Assembly: GCA_963707215.1 (NCBI GenBank)
Contig: CAVPPB010000003.1
Span: 544,001 to 608,000, forward strand
Length of the DNA stretch: 64,000 nucleotides
From: an uncultured Chloroflexia bacterium
Lineage (GTDB): Bacteria > Chloroflexota > Limnocylindria > Limnocylindrales > CSP1-4
Reading direction: 5' to 3'
Shown here in pieces: positions 48,055 to 57,979 of this stretch. Every line of letters begins with the position of its first letter. Within the stretch, counting starts at the first letter, position 1. A model generated the notes under the pieces. It worked only from the letters and a program-made list of their open reading frames with translations. It had not been told where the DNA came from and searched no databases. Both the position numbers and the translations under genes were made by a program.

Positions 48055-48968
48055 GAGCGTCCTCGACGCTGGTCGGCCGGCTCATACAGGGCGTCGAGCA
48101 ACCGGATCCACTCGCCGACCGAGAGCGTCTGCGGGCGTCGCTCGCCGTCGATGTCGGACTCGGCCAGCGCTGCCGGAACGCGCGCGGCGAGCGCCGGCAG
48201 CTGGCGGCGAAGGACGTTATGGAGCATCTTGCGGCGCTCCCGGAAGCCGGCCATCACGAGCCGCCAGAGCTCTCCCTCCCGCACCATCCCCAGGCGGGGC
48301 GGCGCGTCGGGATCGCCCTGGCCATACGGCTCCAGGACGACGATCGCCGAGTCCACGGACGGCGCCGGCTCGAACGCGATCGGCGGCACGATCATCCCCA
48401 TCCGGACCCGGGCGTGGTACTGGCAGAAGACGGCCAGGTAGCTCATCGCGCCCGGCCCGGCGGCGATCCGCTCGGCGACCTCGCGCTGGACCATGAGGAC
48501 GATCCGGCGGGGCCGCGGCGGTGCCTCGAGGAGGCGGTGGAGGATCGGGCTCGTCACGTGGTACGGGATGTTGGCGACCACGTCGCTGGCGGACCCGGCG
48601 AGCGAGCGAAGGTCCTGGTCGAGCGCGTCGCCCTGGATGAGCCGCAGGCCACCGGCGGCCTCGGGATCGCGGCCCGTCTCGAGCGCGTCGGCCAACCGTT
48701 CGCGCAGGAACGCGACCATCCCCGGGTCGAGCTCGATGGCGATGACGGCGGCTCCCTCCCCGAGCAGCGCCTCGGTCAGGACCCCGAGCCCGGGGCCGAT
48801 CTCGACGATCCTCCCACCCGGTCGCGGCCGGGCCTCGGCAAGGATGGCCTCGAGGACGTCGACATCGACAAGGAAGTTCTGGGACATCGAGCGCCGTGCC
48901 CGCAGGCCGGCGGCCTTGAGCGTCCGGCGGACCGCAGCCGGGTCGAGCCGGCCACCAGCCTGGGTCAT
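48051..48968 (-). CDS. rsmA: 16S rRNA adenine dimethyltransferase
   Basis: SQNFL, EIGPGLG.LT, ELD, VANIPYHVTSP, MVQREVAERI, F.PAPSVDS, RRKML. Confidence 0.94.
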   Translation of the reverse strand: MTQAGGRLDPAAVRRTLKAAGLRARRSMSQNFLVDVDVLEAILAEARPRPGGRIVEIGPGLGVLTEALLGEGAAVIAIELDPGMVAFLRERLADALETGRDPEAAGGLRLIQGDALDQDLRSLAGSASDVVANIPYHVTSPILHRLLEAPPRPRRIVLMVQREVAERIAAGPGAMSYLAVFCQYHARVRMGMIVPPIAFEPAPSVDSAIVVLEPYGQGDPDAPPRLGMVREGELWRLVMAGFRERRKMLHNVLRRQLPALAARVPAALAESDIDGERRPQTLSVGEWIRLLDALYEPADQRRGRS

Positions 48969-50023
48969 GAGGCGAGCGGCATGGAGGCCCGGGCCGACAG
49001 GTCGAGGCCCGCCCTAGCCCCGGCGAGGAAGCGGACCGTCCCGGCCGCCCCGATCATCGCCCCGTTGTCCGTGCACAGGGCCGGTCTCGGGATGACGACC
49101 CGCACGCCGGCTGGGGCGCCTTCGACGATCCGCTGACGGAGCGCCGCGTTCGCAGCGACGCCCCCACCCAGGACGATCGACCTGGCGCCGATCGCCCCGG
49201 CAGCCCGCAGGGTCTTGGTCGCCAGCACGTCCACGATCGCGTCCTGGGCCGCCCAGGCGAGCTCGGCGACCTCCTCGTCGGGCAGCCGGGCCGCCGGGTC
49301 GGTCGGGTCCAGGCCCCGCGCCTCGAGGGCCGTGGCGACCGTCCGTCGGGCGGCCGTCTTGAGGCCACTGAAGCTGAAGTCGAGGGACTCGCCGAGCCAG
49401 GCACGCGGCAGCCGCGCCCTCCGGCTGGTCGCCCGCAGGGCCGCGACCTGGATCGCCGGACCACCCGGGTACGGCAGGCCCAGCAGCCGTCCGATCTTGT
49501 CGAAGGCCTCGCCCGCCGCATCATCCTGGGTGCCCCCGAGCCGTCGATACTCGAGCTCGTCGCGCATCTCGACGATGAAGGTATGCCCGCCCGAAACGAC
49601 GAGGACGACCGCGGGGAGTTCGGGTGGGGGCTCGTCGGCATCGCCCTCGAGGAGCCAGGCGGCACGCACGTGGCCCTCGAGATGGTTCACGGCCACGAGC
49701 GGTCGGTCATGGGCCCAGGCAAGCCCCTTGGCGAGGCTGACGCCGACCAGCAGGGAGCCGATGAGGCCGGGCCCGCTGGTGACGGCCACGGCATCGACGT
49801 CGGCGACCCGGACGCCGGCGTCGACGAGGGCTGCGTCGAGGACCGGCACGATCCAGCGCAGGTGGGCCCGAGCGGCCACCTCCGGCACGATGCCCCCGGT
49901 CGGTGCGTGGAGAGAGACCTGGCTGGCGACGACGTTCGCCAGGACCCGCCGGCCCCCCTCGACGACGGCGACCGCCGTCTCGTCGCAGCTCGTCTCGATC
50001 GCCAGGACCACGGGACCGCTCAC
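48965..50023 (-). CDS. tsaD: tRNA t6A synthesis protein TsaD
   Basis: LAIETSCDET, GGIVPEVAARAH, NHLEGH, VSGGHT, DDAAGEAFDK, CTDNGAMIG. Confidence 0.97.
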   Translation of the reverse strand: MSGPVVLAIETSCDETAVAVVEGGRRVLANVVASQVSLHAPTGGIVPEVAARAHLRWIVPVLDAALVDAGVRVADVDAVAVTSGPGLIGSLLVGVSLAKGLAWAHDRPLVAVNHLEGHVRAAWLLEGDADEPPPELPAVVLVVSGGHTFIVEMRDELEYRRLGGTQDDAAGEAFDKIGRLLGLPYPGGPAIQVAALRATSRRARLPRAWLGESLDFSFSGLKTAARRTVATALEARGLDPTDPAARLPDEEVAELAWAAQDAIVDVLATKTLRAAGAIGARSIVLGGGVAANAALRQRIVEGAPAGVRVVIPRPALCTDNGAMIGAAGTVRFLAGARAGLDLSARASMPLAS

Positions 50024-50649
50024 GGTGCGTCCCCGGGCCCAGCGGATCCCATCGACGGCGGCGCGGGTGACGCCGGCTCGAGCGTGGATGGAGTCGCCTC
50101 GGGCGGATCGGTCCGGCGCTCGGGAGGCGGCGCGGCGTCGAGCGCGGCCCGCAGCCGGTCCAGGCGGGACCGCATCGAAGGGCCGTCGAGCGCCTCGGTC
50201 GTCATGACGAGGGCGTCCTCGTTGTCGTCGGAGTAGTAGCGGGGCCGCAGGCCGACCGGCCGGAACCCGTACTTCTCGTACAGTCGCCGGGCGGGCAGGT
50301 TCGAGAGCCGCACCTCGAGGGTCGCCTCCCGGGCGCCGCGCGCGGCGGCGACGTCGAGGATGGCGACCAGAAGCCGCTCGCCGATCCGCCGGCGCCGCCA
50401 GGCCGGGTCGACCGCGAAGGTCGTGATGTGGGCCTCGTCGACCATCAGCCAGACGCCGCCGAAGCCGACGACGCGGCCATCGAACCGGGCCACCAGGTAC
50501 GTGGCCAGGCGGTTCGTCTCGAGCTCCGCGCGATAGGCCTGCGGTGGCCAGGGCGTCGTGAACGAAGCCCTCTCGATCGCCTGGACGGCCGGGATGTCGT
50601 CGAGGCGCATGGCCTCGATCCGAAGCGACCGCGGCGGGGACGCCACCAT
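50020..50649 (-). CDS. rimI: Ribosomal-protein N-acetyltransferase
   Basis: IERASF..PW, EAHITT.AV, TLEVRLSN, LYEKYGF..VG.RPRYYSD..EDA. Confidence 0.92.
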   Translation of the reverse strand: MVASPPRSLRIEAMRLDDIPAVQAIERASFTTPWPPQAYRAELETNRLATYLVARFDGRVVGFGGVWLMVDEAHITTFAVDPAWRRRRIGERLLVAILDVAAARGAREATLEVRLSNLPARRLYEKYGFRPVGLRPRYYSDDNEDALVMTTEALDGPSMRSRLDRLRAALDAAPPPERRTDPPEATPSTLEPASPAPPSMGSAGPGDAP

Positions 50650-51353
50650 CAGGAGCGCGCCAGGATCACGCCGCCGGCCTCCCGGTCGACACCGCGGGGA
50701 AGGCTGACGTACTCAGGCACGAGGGCGGCCAGGTCGTCGCCACCGACGTCGCCCAGGCGACGGCGGCCGAGGCGAAGCAACGCGGCCGGAAGCCCCGCGA
50801 CGGCCCGGCGCCCCAGCTCGGCCTCGGCGGCCGAGGCACGGTCACCGAGGTCGATCGCCAGGATCGTCGTTCCGGCTGGAAGCTCCGGGCGCTCGGCTCC
50901 CGGCAGCCTGGCGGCCGGGTCGGACCGGCCGTCCATCGCGGACGCTACGAGGACCGCATCGGACGGTCCGGCGGGCAGGAGCAGGGCCAGCGGCCCGGCC
51001 GCTCCGGCAGTGCGGACCGCTTCGAGGAGCGCGGCCGACGTCGCGATGCCGGCCAGGGGCAGCTCGAGTCCGTGGGCCAGGGCCTTGGCGGTGGCGATGC
51101 CGACGCGCAGGCCGGTGAAGGCACCGGGGCCGGTCCCGACGACGATGCCGGCGAGGTCCGCCCGACCCACACCGGCCTGCTGGAGGGTCCCGTCGATCCG
51201 GAGCAGCAGCTCCTCGCCGTGACGGTGTCGCGCGGACCAGGTCGCGACGGCACGTGGCTCGGCGTGCCCATCCCCCAGCGCGACGAGGGCCGTGTCGATG
51301 GCCGTGTCGATGGCCAGGAGCAGACGTCCGCGTCCCGGTCGAGGGTGACTCAC
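50649..51353 (-). CDS. tsaB: tRNA t6A synthesis protein TsaB
   Basis: LLAIDTA, H.E.L, GTGPGAFTGLRVGIATAKAL. Confidence 0.92.
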   Translation of the reverse strand: MSHPRPGRGRLLLAIDTAIDTALVALGDGHAEPRAVATWSARHRHGEELLLRIDGTLQQAGVGRADLAGIVVGTGPGAFTGLRVGIATAKALAHGLELPLAGIATSAALLEAVRTAGAAGPLALLLPAGPSDAVLVASAMDGRSDPAARLPGAERPELPAGTTILAIDLGDRASAAEAELGRRAVAGLPAALLRLGRRRLGDVGGDDLAALVPEYVSLPRGVDREAGGVILARS

Positions 51354-51820
51354 CGGAGCGCCTCGAGATAGCTCCGGTGACGCTCGTCGGTCGCCGACAG
51401 GCGGATGGAACGAGGCTCATCGCCGCTTCCGTCGATCCGCACGTCGAGGCGAGACGGGGGCGTGGCCGCCCCGAGCCGGTCGGCCCACTCGATGAGGGTC
51501 ACCCCATCGACCTCGCGCTCGTCGAGGAGCCCGCCCTCGAACGCCTCGGCAGCGTCGTGGAGACGATAGAGATCGAGGTGGAACAAGGGCAGGCGACCCT
51601 CGTACTCGGCCATCAGGATGAAGCTCGGCGACGTGATCGCGTCGCGGACGCCGAGGCCAGCCCCGAACCCCTTCGCGAAGACGGTCTTGCCCACGCCGAG
51701 GTCACCATGGAGGCAGATGAGATCGCCGGCCCGGGCGTGCGCGGCAAGTCGGGCAGCCAGGTCGCGCGTGGCACCCGGGCCGTCGCTCCGGACGGTCTGC
51801 TCATCGATCGCGGAGAGCAT
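51350..51820 (-). CDS. tsaE: tRNA t6A synthesis ATPase TsaE
   Basis: GDLGVGKT, ITSPSF, HLDLYRL, IEWA. Confidence 0.95.
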   Translation of the reverse strand: MLSAIDEQTVRSDGPGATRDLAARLAAHARAGDLICLHGDLGVGKTVFAKGFGAGLGVRDAITSPSFILMAEYEGRLPLFHLDLYRLHDAAEAFEGGLLDEREVDGVTLIEWADRLGAATPPSRLDVRIDGSGDEPRSIRLSATDERHRSYLEALR

Positions 51821-51862
51821 GGCCCGAGGGTAGCCGAAGGGGAACCGAGCCGCCCGCGCGGA

Positions 51863-53002
51863 TCAGGCCCAGCGTTCCAGGTCGGCCAGTGGCACGGCGA
51901 CCTCGGATCCGTCGTCAAGACGGACCAGGCCCGACTCGAGCCGGACGCCCGGGCGGTAGCGCCGGATCCCGAGCGGCCGGAGCCAGCGACCCTCGCGCCC
52001 GGCCAGGGGGCCATGGCGCAGGCGGACCCAGTCGGGCGCCGGTCGAGGCGGCTCGGGGAGGTCGGGGTCGAGCACCAGGGCCGGCGGGTCGACGACGATC
52101 CCGACCCCAGTGCCGGCGAGCGTCAGCAGCACCTCGAGGAGCGGCGTCGCCAGCGGTCGCCGAACGACCCCGTCGAGGACGAAGACCGCGAACGCCGGGA
52201 GACGATGGAGGGCGGCCCGCTGGCGCGCCTCGGAAGCGGCGAAGTCGCGCGCCTCCTTGCCGGCCATGGACGCCACGACGACACCACGGACGCCCATCGC
52301 CCGGGCACGGGTCAGGGTCTCGGCGTCGACCCTCGAACCGACGACGAGGATCGATCCGGCGAGTCCGACGTCGAGCATCGCCGGGTGGAGGTCGCCCCCG
52401 GGGTCGGCGGACACCCGGAGCACGCCGCGCGACGGCACGCCGACGGCGAACGCGCCGGGGATCGCCCGGCCGGCAAGGTCCAGCCGCAGACCGATACCGG
52501 TCCGGACCTCGCGGACGATGCCGGCCGCCGGTGCCTCGACGAGGTCGCTCACGTCCCCGGTGGCGACGCGCCAGCGCCGTCCGCTCCGGAAGACGATCTC
52601 GCCGGCGGCCGATGCGGCTCGTCGCAGCGGACCTCCGCCGGGCGCAGCCGCCAGCCGATCGCCCGGCCGACGCGGATCCCGCTCAGCGATGGCCGGCACC
52701 TCACCGAGGCGTCGATCGCGGAGCCGCTCGGCGATCGGCATGCTGGGGGTGACCACCTCGCCTTCGCCGACGAGGGCTCGATCCCCGGGAGCCAACTCGA
52801 CCCAGGCGGAGAAGGGCTCGACGAGCCATCTGCGGCCCACCACCAGATCGAAGCCGGCCGCCGGCGCGGGATCGGCCGCCGAACGTGCGCGCAGAGGACC
52901 CCCAGTGCGCACGGATCGGGGGTCGGATGGACCAGCGGGTGATCGCTCGCGCCCCGCTCCCTCGATCACGGTTCGTATCCGGGCCAGAGGGCCCGCTGCC
53001 AC
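51863..53002 (-). CDS. Hypothetical protein with barrel-sandwich-hybrid-like motifs and C-terminal KOW-like domain; start uncertain
   Basis: LVGEGEVV...IA, VEAPAAGIVREV, RAMGVRGVVVAS, VRLRHGPLAGREG...VRLDDGSEVAVPLADLE. Confidence 0.65.
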   Translation of the reverse strand: MAAGPLARIRTVIEGAGRERSPAGPSDPRSVRTGGPLRARSAADPAPAAGFDLVVGRRWLVEPFSAWVELAPGDRALVGEGEVVTPSMPIAERLRDRRLGEVPAIAERDPRRPGDRLAAAPGGGPLRRAASAAGEIVFRSGRRWRVATGDVSDLVEAPAAGIVREVRTGIGLRLDLAGRAIPGAFAVGVPSRGVLRVSADPGGDLHPAMLDVGLAGSILVVGSRVDAETLTRARAMGVRGVVVASMAGKEARDFAASEARQRAALHRLPAFAVFVLDGVVRRPLATPLLEVLLTLAGTGVGIVVDPPALVLDPDLPEPPRPAPDWVRLRHGPLAGREGRWLRPLGIRRYRPGVRLESGLVRLDDGSEVAVPLADLERWA

Positions 53003-54712
53003 GCGTCGAGGAGCTCCCGACGACGCTCGCTGCGCTCCGGCAGGCGCAGGGGCACGTCCCGGAGGTCGACGAGCAGGCCGCTCAGTCCGCCCCCGACCTC
53101 GACCGCGAAACGCCGACCCTGGGCGCCACCGAGCGTGACCCGGTCACGGAACCACAGGTCGACGAGCGCCGATTCGCCGGGCGGCAGGTCGACCAGCTCG
53201 AGGCCGCCGGGCACGAGGTCGAGCTCGGTCTGGCCCGTCGATCCCTGGATGACGAGGCGACCAGCGGTCCGACCCGGCCGGACCCCGGCAGGCATGACCA
53301 CGGCGCCAAGCGGGACCACCAGGTCATCGACCAGGTCGGCGATGACCTGCCGGCGCAGGACCGGGTCGGCGATCGTGCCGAGGGGACCGAGGAGGCGGGG
53401 CAGGTCGACGGCGAGCTGGGTGGCACCGGGTCGGCGGAGGACGTCGGCCAGCGCGAGCGCGATGACCGGGCCAGGTGCCTGCGCCCAGACACCGCCGGTG
53501 GCGATGACGAGATCGGGTGTCGGCCGGTCGAGTTCCGGGGTCAGCGCCACGAGCCTTGCGATGCGCCGCCCTGGCAGCCGCCAGGCGGAAGGCTGCCACG
53601 TCCCCTTGCGCCCCCGTCCAGGGCATCGCCCGGAGCTCGGCAAGGCGGTCCCGGATGCGGTAGCGGTCCAGGGCGAGCGGGACCCAGCGGTCGATCCCGT
53701 CGACGACACCATCGTCGATCGGGTCCGGGACGAGCGCCCCGGCCGGCGAGATGGCCCACGTCGAACGGGTCGCCGGCCCGGCGCCGATGGGTTCCGCGAC
53801 GGCCCGAAGGCCACCATCCTGGCCGACGCCGACGACCTCGATCCGCCGCTCCAGGATTCCGGCAAGGTCGGCGACGGCCCGGACGATCGCCCGCCGCCCG
53901 TCGGCCGGGGTCGTCCGCAGGTCGTCGAGCAGGGCCCGGAGCGGTTCCCCGGGCGGCTCGCCGAGGTAGGGCGATGGAGCGAGCAGCAGGGCGGCCGGGA
54001 CCGCCCGTCCCGGCGACGCGGGCCCGGACGCCGCACCAGGCTCCGCGGGCGCCCCAGGCCGGTCCACCCCCTCGTCCGCAGTCAGGGGCTCGGGCGACGG
54101 CTCCAGGATCGGTGGCTCGGCGGGATCGCGGCCCGATCGGCTCGCCGTTCGGGCGTCGAAGCGGTCGGCTCGGTCCGAGAGCGCCCCGGCCAGCACGACC
54201 GTGAGCTCCGAGCGTCGGCCGGCGGCCGCGGCGACGAGGGCCCCGATGTCATCGAGGACGCCGCGCTCGTCGGCGCCCGGCGGATCGGCCGATCCGGCCA
54301 GCACCGCGTCGACGTCGCGGCGCAGGAGGAGGTTCGACATGGCCAGCGGGTCGACGCGGCTGGCGCTGGCCCCGGCCGCCTGCCAGCCGGCCCGCCGGGC
54401 GACGGTCAGCAGCCGCTCCAAGGTGCGATCCGAACCGGCCAGGACGGCCATCCGCGGCAGCGGGGCGGTCCGGGCCTCCAGCCGCGGCCAGGCCGTCAGG
54501 GCAGCGTCGGCCCCGAGCTCGTCGGCCAGGTTCGGATCGGCTGCTCGGAGCCGGTCGGACAGGACCCCGACGACGGCATCGATCGGCACCGATGCGGGGA
54601 AGGCAACACCACCGAGGAACCGCCAGCGGCCCTCGAGCCGGGCCAGCAGCGAGGCGGCCGACGTGACGGCCCCCAGGTCGAGGGCAAGGCAGGTCCGATC
54701 GTCGGGTCTCAC
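52966..54712 (-). CDS. GlmL/glutamate-mutase-L-like (ASKHA-fold) protein, +1 frameshift near 53563
   Basis: LALDLGAVTS at the N-terminus; after the shift LVIATGGVWAQAP...LALADVLRRPG and GGLSGLLVDLRDVPL.LP. Removing one base gives a 581-aa ORF. Confidence 0.65.
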
Positions 54713-54793
54713 GGAGGCGATGCTACCGCCTCCACGGCCTAGGCTCCGGGGAGGGGGCCGGCCGACCCGCGCAGGTCGGCGTGCCGATCCCGG

Positions 54794-55096
54794 TCAGGCG
54801 TCCCAGCCGAGCTCGCCGTCCTCGAGGTCCTCTTCCTCGAGGCGCTCGATGAGCAGCTCGATCCCTGCGTCGTCCGCGAGCAGCTCGCTCGCCGGCACCA
54901 GATCGCCACCGAAGAGCGATCGAAGGACCGGATCGAAGAAGAGCATCGCGTTCGCGCCGAGGGGCCGGTACGGCCGGCTGGCGAGGAGGAAGTGGACCGC
55001 CGGCGCGGTCAGCCCTCGGAGCTCGATCTCGCGAGCCACCTGCTCGACGAGCTCGTCGCGCTGTTCGTCGGTGCGCTCGTAGCCGGGGAAGCTCAC
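54794..55096 (-). CDS. Hypothetical protein
   Basis: 100 aa, GLTAPAVHFLLASRPYRPLG; GTGA overlap with the macro-domain gene. Confidence 0.7.
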   Translation of the reverse strand: MSFPGYERTDEQRDELVEQVAREIELRGLTAPAVHFLLASRPYRPLGANAMLFFDPVLRSLFGGDLVPASELLADDAGIELLIERLEEEDLEDGELGWDA

Positions 55097-55665
55097 GCCG
55101 GGCCCTCCTCCTGGTGCGGCACAGCGGCACCGTCCGGTCCCACGCCCTCGCCGGTGGGAGCCGTGGCGGCCAGCGCCTCTTCGAACGCATGGTACGCCGA
55201 GGCGCCCCGCAACGCGAACACGATCTCCTCGATCGAGCCGGGGTCGCGGGCGAGCTCATCGCGGACCGTCAGGACGGTGATCCTGGCGGCCTCGTCGAGA
55301 GGGAAGCCGCCGACGCCCGTCCCGAGGGCGGGAATGGCGACCGACCGCACGTCGTACTCCCGGGCTCGGGTCAGGGCGCTGCGGACGGCCGTCTCGATCG
55401 CCGTCGCGCTGGTTCGCCGGTCCTGGTCGAGCGAGATCGCGTGGATGACCAGCCGGGCGGCCAGCGTCCCGCCAGCGGTGACGACAGCCGCCCCGATCGG
55501 GACCGGCCCCTGGCGCACCGCGGCGAACTCGATCGCATCGCCCCCGGCCCGCTTGAGCGCGCCGCCGACCCCGGTCGACATCCACAGCGTGGGATTGGCC
55601 GGGTTCACGATGGCGTCGACCTCGAGGTCGCAGATATCGCCGTTCCAGAGCTCGATCCGGGCCAC
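55093..55665 (-). CDS. Macro-domain protein (ADP-ribose/O-acetyl-ADP-ribose hydrolase-like)
   Basis: GDI..LEVDAIVNPAN..L.M..GVGGALKRAGG, VIHA, SVAIPALGTGVGGFP. Confidence 0.9.
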   Translation of the reverse strand: MARIELWNGDICDLEVDAIVNPANPTLWMSTGVGGALKRAGGDAIEFAAVRQGPVPIGAAVVTAGGTLAARLVIHAISLDQDRRTSATAIETAVRSALTRAREYDVRSVAIPALGTGVGGFPLDEAARITVLTVRDELARDPGSIEEIVFALRGASAYHAFEEALAATAPTGEGVGPDGAAVPHQEEGPA

Positions 55666-56855
55666 GGATCCCCCTGATCGATGAGGGTGCGGGTACCGAT
55701 CGGAACCCCGGCGGCATGGTACACCCGAGGTAGTCGTGCGGCCATCGCGGTGACCACCTCGTACGAGATGGTGGTGCGGGCCCGCGCCACTTCCAGGGCG
55801 TCGATCTCGTCGTCGCCCTGGCGGCCGATGAGGACGAACTCGTCGTCGAGGTCGACCGGCCTGCCGGGCACGTCCGTCACGTCGACCATGACGCCGTCCA
55901 TCGCGATGGTGCCGACCAGAGGCACGCGGCGACCCCGGACGAGCGCCCAGGAGCGGCCGCCGCCGACGCGCGGCCAACCGTCCCCGTAGCCCAGCGGCAG
56001 CGTCGCGATCCGGCTGGGTCGCCCGGTCACGAAGGCCGGGCCGTAGCCGACCCCGCTGCCGGTCGGCAGGTCGGCCACCCGGGTCGGTCGAGCGTGGAGC
56101 GACAGGACGGGTCGCAGCCCCGCCGCCACCCCGCGGAACGGCCCGGCGACGGCCAGGCCGTCCGGGACCAGGCCGTAGACGGCGAGGCCGGGTCGCACGC
56201 TGTCGTACGCCTGGACCGTGCCACCGAGGAGAGCGCCGCTGGCACCCACGTGCCGCACGACTCGCTCATCGAGCGTCCCGGTGACGGCCGAGTAGAGCTC
56301 GTCCTGGGCGGCCGACAGGTCCGGGTCTGCGGCGTTGGCGAGGTGGGTCCAGGCTCCGGTGAGCCGCAGCAGCGGGGAGCGCTCGATCCGGGGCAGGGTC
56401 GCGGCGACGGCCTGCACCGGGAAGCCGCCCCGACCGAGGCCGGTCTCGATCTCCATCTGGACGGCCAGCGGCGGGACGCTCTCCGGTCCGCCTGCGGCCC
56501 GCAGGGCGACCTCCGTCCGGTCGATCGTGATCTCGTCACCGACGCTCACAGCGATCCTGCGTCGGGCGGCCTCGCCGACCGCGCCGGGCGGGACCGGATA
56601 GAGGACCAGGATGGACACCGAGACGCCGGCCAGCCGCAAACGGATGGCCTCGTCGAGCGTCGCCACGCAGAAGCCGTCGGCACCACCGTCCTCGAGCGCC
56701 CGGGCGACGGGCACGATGCCGTGGCCGTAGGCGTCGGCCTTCACCACGGGCTCCACGCGGGTCGATGGCGGCAGCGCCTGCCGGACCTGCCGGAGGTTCG
56801 CGACGAGGCGGTCGAGGTCGATCTCGAGCCAGGCCAGGCGCGGCAGCGGCGACAA
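55605..56855 (-). CDS. alr: Alanine racemase (start may extend to a CTG at 56906)
   Basis: AWLEIDL, PVVKADAYGHG, VATLDEA, ETGLGRGG, VRPGLAVYG, GYGDG, VGTIAMD, TISYEV. Confidence 0.95.
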   Translation of the reverse strand: MSPLPRLAWLEIDLDRLVANLRQVRQALPPSTRVEPVVKADAYGHGIVPVARALEDGGADGFCVATLDEAIRLRLAGVSVSILVLYPVPPGAVGEAARRRIAVSVGDEITIDRTEVALRAAGGPESVPPLAVQMEIETGLGRGGFPVQAVAATLPRIERSPLLRLTGAWTHLANAADPDLSAAQDELYSAVTGTLDERVVRHVGASGALLGGTVQAYDSVRPGLAVYGLVPDGLAVAGPFRGVAAGLRPVLSLHARPTRVADLPTGSGVGYGPAFVTGRPSRIATLPLGYGDGWPRVGGGRSWALVRGRRVPLVGTIAMDGVMVDVTDVPGRPVDLDDEFVLIGRQGDDEIDALEVARARTTISYEVVTAMAARLPRVYHAAGVPIGTRTLIDQGDPWPGSSSGTAISATSRSTPS

Positions 56856-56902
56856 CCCAGCGGCAGCCAGGCGGGCCTCGATCGCCGGGCGGGCGGTCGT
56901 GC

Positions 56903-57979
56903 TCAGGCTTCGGATCCCCCGTTCTGCTCCTCGTCCCCGGCGGGGCTCGTCCCCTCGGCCGACCGGCCGAAGCCGAGCCTCGAGCCAGCCCTGCTCCGCT
57001 CGGCGATGGCGGCAAGGCGACGGCGGACCAGCGGGATCAGGTCGGGGAGATCGGCGGCCAGCAGCCCGGCATCGCCGATCCGCTCGCGGACAGCATCGCC
57101 GGCCAGGCCGTGGAGGTAGACCCCCAGCACCGCCGCATCGAACGTCCCGAGCCCCTGGGCGAGGAGGGCCCCGAGCGTCCCGGCCAGCACGTCACCGGTC
57201 CCGCCGGTCGCGAGGGCCGGGTTCTCGAACGGAGCGGTAGCGACACGGCCGTCGGGGTCGGCGATGACGGTCCGGGCGCCCTTGAGGACGACGACCTGAC
57301 TCCAGGCCGCCGCGGCGGCGAGCGCCGCCTGGGCGCGGGCAGCATCGTCGTCGGCAAGGTCACCATCATCGGCCGGGTCGACCCCGCTCCCGGCCCGCAG
57401 GCGGGCGAACTCGCCGGGGTGCGGTGTCAGGATGCAGCGGCGCCCCACGGCGCGCCACCAGCCGTCGATGCTGGCCAGGGACCGTAGCGCCTCGGCGTCC
57501 AGGACCGCCGGGGCGGGCTCCGGCTCATCCGGGACCGAGACCAGGGCCCGGACGAGCTCGGCCGTGGCGAGGCCGGGTCGAAGGCCCGGACCGACGACCA
57601 TGGCGTCGTGGTCGTGGTCGAGGACCCGGGCCAGGGCAGGTTCGGGATCGACCTCCTCGACGTCGTCCTCGGGCAGCGCCATCGTCGTCGCCTCGACGAC
57701 CTTGGCGGCGAACAGCGGCTGGAGCGACTCGGGGACCGCCAGCGTCACGAGCCCGGCGCCGGCGCGCCCGGCCGCCCGACAGACGAGCAGGGCCGCGCCG
57801 GCGTAGTCGATCGACCCGGCGATCACCAGGAGCTTCCCGAAGGTGCCCTTGTGGCCGCGTGCCGGGCGCTCGGGGAGGAGCCCCGCGGCGACGTCGTCGT
57901 CGATCACCAGCGCTCCCGGGATCGGCGGCTCGCTGGGGGTCCCGCTCCGGCCGAAGCCGACGGGGCGTCGCTCGGTCAC
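56903..57979 (-). CDS. nnrD: ADP-dependent NAD(P)H-hydrate dehydratase
   Basis: HKGTFG, GS.DYAGAA, GAGLV, GPGL, DAEAL, LTPHPGEF, VLKG, LATGGTGDVLAG. Confidence 0.93.
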   Translation of the reverse strand: MTERRPVGFGRSGTPSEPPIPGALVIDDDVAAGLLPERPARGHKGTFGKLLVIAGSIDYAGAALLVCRAAGRAGAGLVTLAVPESLQPLFAAKVVEATTMALPEDDVEEVDPEPALARVLDHDHDAMVVGPGLRPGLATAELVRALVSVPDEPEPAPAVLDAEALRSLASIDGWWRAVGRRCILTPHPGEFARLRAGSGVDPADDGDLADDDAARAQAALAAAAAWSQVVVLKGARTVIADPDGRVATAPFENPALATGGTGDVLAGTLGALLAQGLGTFDAAVLGVYLHGLAGDAVRERIGDAGLLAADLPDLIPLVRRRLAAIAERSRAGSRLGFGRSAEGTSPAGDEEQNGGSEA

